Origin: Cyanidioschyzon merolae
Lineage: Eukaryota
NCBI GenBank assembly: GCA_000091205.1
Contig: AP006490.2
Length of the DNA: 64,000 nucleotides
Strand: one strand, 5' to 3'
A program made the translations under genes and the position numbers. Under the pieces are notes generated by a model that ran no database searches, was not told the DNA's origin, and saw nothing but the letters and a program-made list of their open reading frames with translations. Numbering within the stretch: position 1 is the first letter of the stretch; the number at the start of each line of letters is the position of its first letter. Below, piece by piece: positions 34,800 through 44,712 of this stretch.

Positions 34800-35374
34800 G
34801 CTGTAGTCTCTACAAATGCGCCCTTGAATATGGAACCTTTCATTGCTACTGAAGTCAGACAGCCGAGCTTTTGGTGCCACAGCTCGAGACGGCTGCGTGC
34901 ACCCCTCTGTAACGCAGGCGTCGTGCCGCCGAACGCTACCCCAGCGAAGTGCGAGCTCGTGCGCACGGCTTTAGCGCCTTTTGCGGCAAACTAGGTGCGC
35001 TGGTCTCGACGCTCACCTTGGGCTACGTCGACATTCGAACGATATTCATCCTTACTGCCGCTGCTGCCGTCATCGGTTTCCTGGCGACGTTCATCTTCCT
35101 TCCGGATGCAACCGGGTTGGATCTGCGCGAACATGACTGGGAATGGGACCTGACTCTTCGTAACCACGCTGAGCTGTACGGCGGCGAGGCCGCCAATCTA
35201 CGACATCTGTCGCTCTGCGAACGCTGGCAAGGCAGAGGCAAACGCTACACGCCGCACTGGCGAGCCCAGTTGCGCAAAGAGGAACGTTCAAGTGATGCAG
35301 CGGCAACCAAGCTAGCAACACCGCCGATCGCGGCGAGCACCCTCATACCGTCTACTGCTCCTGACAATCGCTGA
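34800..35374 (+). pseudogene. 3' fragment of a PHO84-like MFS inorganic phosphate transporter (frameshifted remnant)
   Basis: The C-terminus RARAHGFSAFCGKLGALVSTLTLGYV...IFILTAAAAVIGFLATFIFLPDATGLDLRE matches PHO84 TRYRSTAHGISAASGKVGAIIAQTALG...IFALFMLLGIFTTLLIPETKRKTLEE. Upstream, PLNMEPFIATEV (matching GPNTTTFIVPGE) lies in a different frame. The N-terminal roughly 400 aa of a transporter are absent; the adjacent parvulin gene ends at 34792. Confidence 0.55.
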
Positions 35375-37154
35375 GCATCGAGCGAACGATCCGGTACGAT
35401 GATACGGAGTATGGATGCCGTGCGCGTTGTAAAGGATCAAGTGATATCTATTGACGCTGAGCGAAAGCGTGAGCGACGTACAACTTGACACTTGGGCGCA
35501 GCAGCGCGACGACACGAGCCATGTTCCCGTTTCGAAACGCGAGCACAGCACGAAGGTATCAGCAGTACCAGCGGGTGACTGCGGTAGAACGAGCACTCGC
35601 GCTGCCTGGCAGCGTCTCGCGCATCGCATGGAACTGGAACTCGTGCGTTGCGTTTACGACGAAAGCGCTACACCTGGATCCACCTAAAATGGAATAGGTC
35701 TCATAATTTGGACGCGCTCTCTAAAGCTCGAGACTGTTTCCACTGCCGCCAACACTAGTGTGTGCGGGGATTTTCTGCAACAGCGCCCGTTTGCTCTCTC
35801 TTATTTCAGATTTTAGATACGCCCGTCTCTCCTTTCTTTGCGGCTCCGATGTCAGCAGTGAAAGCACGATGGCGGTAGCGTCAGCATCCCGATTCGGACG
35901 CTTCTGGTTGTTTGCGACGCATTGCGTTCACGGACGGGAGATGCAATCTACGGTTCGCTTGCCATTTCGAGCCTCTTGGTATGCAACTTCTGTGCAAACT
36001 CTCTAGCTGTGGCACTTGGTTGTGGTCAGGCCCTCCCGAATGCATGTGTCAGACCTGCCCGTGCTCCGAGCGCTGCTGTGTCGCGCGTCCAGGCTCGCTG
36101 CGTCGCTCTGTTCATACCCCTTCGGATCCAGAAGGCTCCATTGGATGCTGTTCTCGTTTTCAACGCTCAGTGCTGCATCCAACGATCTGGGGCTTCTTCT
36201 GAGTGATGTCCTCCGGGAGTATTCTGTCTGGTGCACGGGCGGTTGCAGGCTATTCCCGCTGACCGAGGATGTATGGAACGTGATGAATTCCATCATAAAT
36301 CGAATACCAAAAACAAAATCCAGGCTGGAGATCATAAGCACAAGTGTCTGCCCGTCACCGTTCCCATTGTGCAAAGCGATGAAGACGCTCTCCGCTGGAC
36401 CCAGTGGATGCGATGACTCAATTCCGAAGACAAGAGCCTTTTCGATGCAAACAGAAGATACGGAAGCGTTTGGGAGCGTGTCACCCGAAATGCAGCATGC
36501 CGGTGCTGTCGAATGCAGTTGTGTCACTGGTCACAGCCACAGGAGGGTTTGTCTTTCGAACGCAATCGAATATTTGGGTGAGAAACTCAGGGACTTTTCG
36601 GCTTGAGCTGGCGAAGAACGCATCCTGGAATGACGCCCCGTTTTTTGATTCCCCTTCAATCCCACATCGCCTATAACGTTCCTTAGCGAGAGATCCATAA
36701 AATTAAAGCACGCGCGATTTGAACATCCTGCACATAAGGAACGGAGAAGACCGGAGGCTTATCCATATGGACTGACGATTGATATCCTTTGTTTCACGAA
36801 AACTAGTTCGAAGGAGGCGTGAAACGTCCTCATTCCGGCCACGTACCGAATTCCAGCGGCAAAGCGTCGAAAGAGCCACGTCGAACAGCGTGACATGAAT
36901 CCTGAGGCTACTTGTATGCGTCCGTAAGCTGTTACTTTTTGCACGTCGAAAACCGACTTTGCACATCTAAATTTTCGTTCGAAAAATACTCCGAGATGTA
37001 GGAACAAAGCACAGCATCCCGTGGTGCACTTCACTCGGATACGTATGAAGCGTATGCCGCTCTTCGACGAACGCTAGCTCAGCTTGTCTGCTGCTTGCTG
37101 ACCTCGAGGCGACCAGTGAGCGCCTCGAAGCACTCGAGTTGTCACGCCTAGGGT

Positions 37155-37796
37155 ATGGGAAGCACGCAGGATGTGCTTTTGATGAAACGTGAACTTCGAA
37201 AGCGCATGCGGGAGCTGCTTCGGCAGGTGTCAAGGAACGATTTGCGAGAGCGTTCCGCGGAAGCCTGCCGACAGCTCACCAACTCGGAGGTGTTTCGGTC
37301 TGCACGAACTGTAGCGGCATTCTGCCACATGCCGACTAGCGAAGTGGAGACGACTGATTTGCTTGCCGCCTGTTTTGCTGAAGGGAAACGCGTTTTTCTG
37401 CCCCGTGTGGATGAAGGATCAGTGCGAAAGATGTTGTTTTTGGAGGCCCACGGTCTGCAGGACGTCGAGAGCTGGCCCCTGAACGCCATGGGTATTCGGG
37501 AGCCGCCTTCTACGTGGAACGGACAAGTCAGAAGAGAAGTGCGCACGCTGGTTGAGCGAGAGCGAAAACCTCTCGACCTCATTGTCGTGCCCGGACTCGC
37601 CTTTGACACGTTCGGTCGTCGACTGGGTCGCGGCAAGGGCTACTACGACACCTTTCTGGCGACGTGTGAGCATTTGCATCACGAGATGCAGCTTCCTCCG
37701 CCTCGAAGAGTTGGTCTTGCGCTTTCATGCCAGATGGTCACCGAGGTGCCGGTATCAGCACATGATCAGGTCGTGGAGGCAGTCTTTTACGCTTGA
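37155..37796 (+). CDS. 5-formyltetrahydrofolate cyclo-ligase (MTHFS)
   Basis: LRKRMRELL...RSARTVAAFCHMPTSEVETTDLLAACFAEGKRVFLPRV...DLIVVPGLAFDTFGRRLGRGKGYYDTFL carries the family signature GxGxGYYD. Confidence 0.85.
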   Translation: MGSTQDVLLMKRELRKRMRELLRQVSRNDLRERSAEACRQLTNSEVFRSARTVAAFCHMPTSEVETTDLLAACFAEGKRVFLPRVDEGSVRKMLFLEAHGLQDVESWPLNAMGIREPPSTWNGQVRREVRTLVERERKPLDLIVVPGLAFDTFGRRLGRGKGYYDTFLATCEHLHHEMQLPPPRRVGLALSCQMVTEVPVSAHDQVVEAVFYA

Positions 37797-38726
37797 GGTG
37801 TCCGGCCATACCATGGAACGCTATGGCAAACGGGCACGCAGCTATAGCCATAGACGCTCGTACGCGCGCAAGCTTGACGATGAACGATAGCCCCGGGAAG
37901 CGCGAGCGTAAAAGCACTGACTCGGCACCGTGCACGATACAGATACCGCTGAACCTATTCATCACTGCATCGAAGCCGCAAGGCGAACTTTATCCGATCA
38001 AAACGATTGCTGAAGACTGCATGCACGACTAGAGGAGCTAGATGAAGGAACCTCTTCTGCAGGTGCATGCTCGCACTGCGTCCTATGCTGAAAAGCAGAT
38101 CCACCAACAATTCATGGGGAAGCGTACATTGCCACTGAGCACTTCACTATCCGAAAGCATCCTTCGGATGGAGTCCTTTGCCAAAACCGCGACACGACAG
38201 AGCGCTGATGGCAATCATTTCAGAAGCGTGATTATTTGACGTATGTGCGTTGCCGCGACAATAGAGCCGGCTAGGTTCGGGGATCTGGTATCATCGTAAA
38301 GAACGCAGTGCAATTCTGTGTCTTCGCGCATTGTTTTGCCCCGGTGGCATTGCACAAAGAAGTCCCTGCGTCTGAGGCAAGGCCTCGGGGTACACGCTGC
38401 ACCCGGGTCTCTGATGCCAGTAATGCTGGAGTGCTGCACTGCAGCGCACACAGGCTCACCCCTGGATGCAAAAGGCGCGTGTTCCTCGCAGCGTTTATGA
38501 TGCGTTTTCCCAAACCATGCGACAGTTTATCAAGGCCGCATCCAGAGGGCATGCACAGTCTGCGTTCCTTCAAGTATCGGGATTCTGCTGGCATAGACAC
38601 AACCACGCATCCGTGCGTACAGAGCTGGTGGTGCGATCGGTATTCGCCCAGGTGCCTCAGAGGCTGTGCAAGGCTCTCCCGCGCTCAACCATTCCACCAC
38701 CTGCCATCGTTGCGCCATCGGACTCA

Positions 38727-40007
38727 TTACAGCGCCCAGTCCTCTTCATCCAAATCAGATTCATCATCTTCTTCCTGGTCTAGTGATGCGATATCGATTT
38801 GGTATCGCAGAATACCTCCAATGCCACCAAAACCTTTCACGAACTGACTGCCCTCTGCGGTTCGATCTGTCACCAAGTCCAGATGTGCTCCGAATCGCTT
38901 GTAGTTTTGCGCGAGCCAGTCCACCAGGGACTCTGACTCTTTGATTTCCATGTCTGGTCCGCCGTCCTTGGCCGTATCACTCGCCAACTGATCCAGCTTC
39001 TCCTTCTGAACGATCCGCACAGTCTCTTCGCCCGACTGTGGGTTCATCAAGACAACACGGTCATACTCGAGGTTCTCCCAGACAATTAATTTCTCTACTG
39101 CGCCCATTTCCAGCGCCTTCATGGTATCGTCGACCCCGTAGCAATATTACCCAGTATCCAGTGCGATCTGGTCATAAAATTCCTTCAAAAGCCGCTTCTC
39201 ACGTACATATTTCACGTTTGACAGACTGTCAGCAGCCAGTTCAATCGCTTGATTGAGACCAACCTCACCGCCCTAGCTGATATCTACGACCGCGATCACT
39301 TTGGCCTGTAGACGGGGGTCGAACAGGTCGCTGCGTGCGAGCTCATTCTTAAAGTCCGCGGAACCAGCCAGCACGATGCCGCTCACATTAACTTTGTCGC
39401 CATCGGGAATAAAGAGCCGCACCGCATCTTCGCCAACACGTCGTAGATAGTTATGCCGTTTTTCCATGCGGAGACGCGCAAAACGGAGCGCGGACTGACC
39501 ACCTCGACCATGCTTCTTCGGCAAATCGACCGTGAAACGATGCAGAATCTCGCGCGTATTCCCCGAAAGTACAGCGGAAAGCGCCCCATTCCCGTCGATG
39601 ATGATGAACCCGAACTTTTCATCACCTTCAAGCAGATTCATCAGTGGTTCTACGTGGAACCGCGAGTCGCAATAATACAACGACGTGTTGATCGGCTTGT
39701 GTGCCTCGAAGTCGATGGTCACTTGTTTCTCGCCCTTGTCCGTTAGAACAGTCCCACAGTAAATTGCTAGACCGTTCGGTGGAACTTTGTTGTAGAGCTT
39801 AAGGCGCTGTTGCGTAGATGTGATAGCAGACAACACGGAAAGTCGGTTGACACGGGACTTGATGTTGGGGGCTGTTCCCGCTTCGTCTGCGAGAAGTTTC
39901 CCAACCTTTGCAACTTGGTCGCCCGGTGGAATCAGTAACGAAATCATGGACGTGCCGTTACCACGTGCTGCCTCCAAGCCTTTGAGCAGTTTTTTAATGC
40001 GGAACAT
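38727..40007 (-). CDS. Eukaryotic peptide chain release factor subunit 1 (eRF1), interrupted by two in-frame stop codons (TAG at 39273-39275 and TAA at 39147-39149 on the minus strand) with the frame fully preserved
   Basis: Track ORF 39273..40007 covers domains 1 and 2: [17 protein letters not shown] in [17 protein letters not shown] in [17 protein letters not shown]. Track ORF 38727..39122 covers the C-terminus. Between them, hand translation in the same frame reads ...[76 protein letters not shown]... This matches the canonical DISYGGENGFNQAIEL...[28 protein letters not shown]. The total span is 426 codons, as expected for eRF1. The terminal stop is TAA. Confidence 0.85.
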
Positions 40008-40607
40008 GGTTACCGCCCGATCCTCATCGTCCTATTCGTGGTTGTTCGACGGCAGTGCGGCGCCCACGGCAGCAGCAGCTACCGTCGTGATGGATGCCAT
40101 GCTTAGCGGGAAAGCACACGAACGCGACTCTCTGAACGCGTAAAAAGTAATCTCTATGCGATGAAGGCTTTTTGCTCTGCCTAAGAGTCACCCTGGTTTT
40201 AACGCAACAGCACCACCAGTGCTAGACAACGCGTAGCCGAACACTGCTGCCACCCGGTGAGAAGACCCTGGGTCGAGCGCGCATTGTGGCAGCCTTCGCC
40301 GGCGCGCCGCATCATCACAACGTCTTGGGAGAAGAGCGCTTTTCACACAGTGCTTCAGGATGTTGTTCGGTATAGCAGAGACCTGATTGCGGTAGGGAAT
40401 CGAAACAGGTTTCCAAGCGACAGCTTGAACGGCACGGTTCTAGTTCGACAGTTGCACGCAGCCTGCTGCGTTAAAAGCGGAGGAAAGCGCTTTTTCGCTT
40501 GGAGCAGGATTTGCTGCCTGTTGCAGCGAAAGAAGATTCGCTGAAAACGACGCTTTGGGCTAGCGTTCTATCGCCGAACTGGTGTTGTTGCAACGAGTAA
40601 ACTCAGC

Positions 40608-41651
40608 ATGCGGCTATTGTTGCAGCGTTGGAGCCAAACGATGCGGCACGGGAGCCGCAACGCGCTCGGGATCGTGAGGCTGCGATCCTTTCCTGGTTGC
40701 CTCTCTGGGTCGGAAAGTCGATCACACTGGAGGCCAGTCACGGTATGGAGCACGTGTGCAGCCGTCATCGCGGCGAGCTTAGCGAGCGTTCAACGCCCGG
40801 AATGGCGACCGTGGCTCTGCTACGCTGAGGCGTCCACCTCGCTAGAAAGTACACACAACTTCACGGCTGCTACGGAAAAAGTTGCACCCTTGAGCGATGC
40901 AGCGGAACCGGCAACAATACTGTGGAAACAACTGCCTGACTCGCTTGCAGAGCTGCGCAAGGCCGACATCGTGCTTTACCAATATGAAACATGTCCATTC
41001 TGCAATAAACTCCGGGCCTATCTGGACTATTGGCGAATACCGTACAAGGTTGTCGAGGTGAATCCAGTAGGCAAGAAGGAGCTAAAATTCAGCTCCTATC
41101 GCAAAGTACCCATTCTGGTGGTGAACGGCACACAACTCAACGACTCTGCTGCTATTATCAAAGCACTGGCGCGCATCACGGACCCGGACCGTGCGTTAAA
41201 CACGCAATGGTTCGACTGGATCGACTCCTGGTTTGTGCACACCTTACCACCAAATATATACCGCACCCGTCATGAGGCGCTGGAAACGTTTGACTACATC
41301 ACGGAAAAGGAGAAATTCTCGCCGTGGCAGCGCTTCACGATTCGCTACGTGGGTGCTGCGGCCATGTATTTTGTGAGTCGCCGCCTCAAGAAGAAGTATC
41401 ATATCGTCGATGAGCGCCAAGCACTCTATGATGCATGTCGTGACTGGCTCCAGGCTGTCGGTTGGCCAGAACGTCGTTTTCTGGGAGGTGCACGACCATG
41501 TGCTGCAGACCTGGCCATGTTTGGCGTCCTTCGCAGCATCGAGGGTTTCACAGCGTTTCATGAGCTCGCGGCCAATGTGCCGGAGATCGTTCAATGGTAT
41601 CGGATCATGAAGGACCAGGTGGGTCCGTCTGCGCGCATTGATTCGATGTAG
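40608..41651 (+). CDS. Prostaglandin E synthase 2-like protein (glutaredoxin plus GST-C fold)
   Basis: VLYQYETCPFCNKLRAYLDYWRIPYKVVEVNPVGKKELKFSSYRKVPILVVNGTQLNDSAAIIKAL, ...NIYRTRHEALETFDYI..., ...ARPCAADLAMFGVLRSIEGFTAFHEL. This is collinear with vertebrate PTGES2 ([34 protein letters not shown]...KFSSYRKVPIL...LNDSSVIISAL...NVYRTPTEALASFDYI). Confidence 0.85.
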   Translation: MRLLLQRWSQTMRHGSRNALGIVRLRSFPGCLSGSESRSHWRPVTVWSTCAAVIAASLASVQRPEWRPWLCYAEASTSLESTHNFTAATEKVAPLSDAAEPATILWKQLPDSLAELRKADIVLYQYETCPFCNKLRAYLDYWRIPYKVVEVNPVGKKELKFSSYRKVPILVVNGTQLNDSAAIIKALARITDPDRALNTQWFDWIDSWFVHTLPPNIYRTRHEALETFDYITEKEKFSPWQRFTIRYVGAAAMYFVSRRLKKKYHIVDERQALYDACRDWLQAVGWPERRFLGGARPCAADLAMFGVLRSIEGFTAFHELAANVPEIVQWYRIMKDQVGPSARIDSM

Positions 41652-42375
41652 AAAAGTTGCCGAATTTTCTGGTGAACTGATTACCTGCAGAACGCAAAGA
41701 ATGGAATTTTTTATCTATTTTGATGGATTGAGGATCGAAAACAATGCAGTGTTGCGTGTTGAACGCGAACGGCACAAAGAATGCAACGTTATCGATCTGG
41801 ATTGATTGTGGGTCTGGGCTGCGCAGAACGGTCTGGAAGATAGACGAGTCACCTGTGAGCACCCTCCATATCCTGAGCAAAGTACTTCGTCATCCGTGGC
41901 GAATCGTGTGCATATCTTGGATTTGTCATATGGGCAATTTTGATTGGTAGCCTGGTGCATTGCTGGTACACGTCATCCACCGAGATGCTTTGACTGTCTC
42001 ATACCAACAACCCATTCGCAAGAACGCACACGGCATCGTGTTTTGTTCCCGTAGCGGGAACTTCCGGTAGTAACCTCAACTGAGGAAGGAGCCGCTCGCT
42101 CGTGCTGCGCCCAAACCTCCAGCTGGGCATCATCATTTTTCATATCTCTGTTCAGTGCGACGAGCATGTAAAGGCAAAACTCATCAGAGATAGGCAGACG
42201 AACTAGGCACTTCCCTAGTAGCGAGGACTCTCGTTTAAGACGCCGAGTTGCCGGTGCGTCCTGCAACGTGCACCAGCGCTGTTCTCTATCGCCATCCGCT
42301 GGCTCACGCGGTACACCCAAACCTAGTCTGCGGGAAACTTACGCAAAGTTTCCAGGATCATAGCTTTGGGGCTCC

Positions 42376-42693
42376 TCACTCCCGAGTCGCGCTGTGCGTG
42401 ACCTCTTTTCGCTGGGTTGGCATCCCCAGCGACCGAACGAGGACGACGTTTTCGCCTTTGAGGAGGATCGTCCCTAGAGCAACCGTCCGCCGCTTATGCT
42501 TTGCAGTACTTCCCCACTGCTCCACGGTGTCGACCAGAACTAGATTGGTGTGTTCGTCGAAGCCGCGCAAGGTGCCTTCCAGAGAGTATCTGGTGTTTTC
42601 GAATAACCAGACCTCAACGCGGGCTTGTTGGCGCGCCAGCGTTGCTAACAACTGCTCTGGAACTATCCGTCTGTCCAGAGCGTCCTTCGGCAT
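42376..42693 (-). CDS. Sm-like (LSm/Sm) small nuclear ribonucleoprotein
   Basis: Sm1/Sm2 motifs: VEVWLFENTRYSLEGTLRGFDEHTNLVLVD ... LGTILLKGENVVLV. Confidence 0.7.
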   Translation of the reverse strand: MPKDALDRRIVPEQLLATLARQQARVEVWLFENTRYSLEGTLRGFDEHTNLVLVDTVEQWGSTAKHKRRTVALGTILLKGENVVLVRSLGMPTQRKEVTHSATRE

Positions 42694-43305
42694 CTATGTT
42701 CACCACTTAAGTTGGCTGCAGGCGTGCAACCAGGGGATTTTGCCTGCTTTTCACGGTTTGCTCGGGAGCAGATAACAGCGCGAATGCCGAAGCGAACAAC
42801 GTTACGTCAGCGCAGCAAACCCGTTTCGCCACAATATCGTGTACATGAATATCCACCCGCAGACGTGTCTCAGCCTTTTCTTACAGGGTTCTGGTATCGG
42901 TTTCAGTTTCTCCATATACACTCCGACGCTGTGAGGCTGCCCAACAAAGTTAGCTTGCCGCAGCGCTGCGTGCCTCGCATTCAGCACAAGCATCTCCTGA
43001 TATTGATACCAGCGTTGAGGTCTCGGTTCATGGACTCCATGCGTTTGTTGCCGCTGGTTGATCTCACCAATGATAGGAGACCAGAACTCGTGTACGCTGT
43101 GCCATTGGGTGCTCTGTCAGCTCTTCGTGCTGATTTGTCGACGAAATGCTCCGCTGGCCTCGCTCCAACTCAACGTCCTAGGGTGTATATTCCAGCTCAT
43201 CCCTTCGATTTTTCGAAAATGAACGCATTTGCTTATAGCCTGAGATGAGAACCTTCCCGCATCGAGCAGCACATGCGGAATAAAGACCAAATGTGCCCCG
43301 GTTGG

Positions 43306-44173
43306 TCACCATGTGCTGAACGCTTCATCAATTCGCCCGGTGGAGCGATCGTGACGATTCAGGACCCCAAACTCTCCTTCTATGGGGATGAACCACGGGT
43401 GACAAGAAGGAATGAAACCAGCTCTACCCCTCGATAGAATTGGCAAGTGCTCGAACTGAAGCAGAACGGCTGAATACCACTGTGTCCAATAGAAGGACCT
43501 TACCAGACGTTTGGGACAAGTCTTCAATGACTCGACAAAAAGAGGGCGCTGCTGCATGAGTGTTCTCTTCAGCGGAACTGAGGCAGCCAAATGAATCCAC
43601 CGCAGCTAGAACAGATGATGATGTCGACGTTCTCTACGATTTCGAGCGTACGAGCAACGGGCTCCCGCTCAGCAAGTATTCATCTGCGCTGCGATTGTCT
43701 CGTTTGAAGCAAGTCTCATCGAGTGAGAAAATAAACTGATGTTCCTGTGCTTCATACCGATCGCGACGTTCCAGGAACGCCGTGCCTGCGATTTCGGTGG
43801 AAGCTGGCCGTGAATGAACTAGCACTTTATTGCGATTGGATCCCGGTGTTTTCAGGATCACGCGAATAAGCTGTTGAGAAACAGAGACGCCCGTGGTGGC
43901 TACTATGGACGCATTTGCTTCCCGTAAATTGATCAACTGGTCGTTTTCTATCACTGAGTGCAGGCAGGCTTTGAGAATATCAGGTTTCGGCCCGGAGCGC
44001 ATATACTTGTTTCTTTCAGTGCTCGTCAAGCATCTGCGTATAGTGGTATGATTGACATCGAGGAGCAACGCAATTATCATTGCATTGTTCAGTGAAGAAT
44101 ACATATGCCGTATGCAATTCCTCCACAATCTATACAGAACATTACCTAGTGATTTCAACCTCCTCCTACACAC
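43306..44173 (-). mobile_element. Degenerate Tc1/mariner (IS630-Tc1-mariner) DDE transposase relic
   Basis: ORF 43634..44173 has an HTH region, then GPKPDILKACLHSVIENDQ...RPASTEIAGTAFLERRDRYEAQEHQFIFSLDETCF. This resembles the Tc1 segment PGRKP.L..K...ARL.FA..H..W.......V..SDE..F. ORF 43306..43590 (different frame) has WTQWYS...FIPSCHPWFIPIEGEFGVLN, resembling the C-terminal QSPDLNPIENLWGEL region. Frames are broken and there is no intact DDE triad. Confidence 0.45.
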
Positions 44174-44712
44174 CGCAGCCGCGATGAAAGAAAATTGAGT
44201 TGAAAGACTATCAACCGAAGCGCCTTTACGTCGTAACAGCGTCTGGTACTCGAAATTCTAACGCAGCCACGTACCAGCAGCGGATCGAGACGGTGAACGG
44301 ACGCACCAGCGTATACCTCTATGTACGGTATTCGCCTCTACCAGATACGCAGCATGCCTGCGATCAATGCGAACAGGCATCGAAGTGCCCTTGGTACCCA
44401 AGTTTTGCCGTCCGAGCATGCCTTCCTCGAAGACGCACCTTGCATCTATCCTCAGATCGTCGAAAACGACACCAAACATGCTTCTGCACAGCGTCCTGTC
44501 GTACAAGCGCGCCAAGTAGGCGTTTGTTTTCAGCACGGTGCTGTCTGACGCTTGGACTGCACGAGTGTAGATGCTACCGATCCCGACCAGGTCCACGGCA
44601 CCTGATAGCTGACGAGCAGGTTCCGCTGCGACTCCAAGCCCGGCAATTGGCAAGCACACGAGTCGCGCTCAACTTGCAGAGCGCTGTGTCGATCGCCGAT
44701 GCTGCCCTTGGT

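Noticed and set aside
39147-39275. A small intron spanning the two stops in eRF1
   Set aside because: The 126 nt between and around the stops translate, in frame, to perfectly conserved eRF1 domain-3 sequence ([41 protein letters not shown]). It is coding, not intronic.
38727-40007. Genome-wide stop-codon reassignment (ciliate-, Mesodinium- or Blastocrithidia-like) as the explanation for the in-frame TAG/TAA in eRF1
   Set aside because: TAA and TAG terminate conserved genes in this same window at the expected positions (ATP synthase beta TAA, RPS4 TAG, uL13m TAG, eRF1's own TAA). Long ORFs of 600 to 1055 aa elsewhere contain no in-frame TAA/TAG. The two stops replace different amino acids (Tyr and Lys), which no single reassignment explains.
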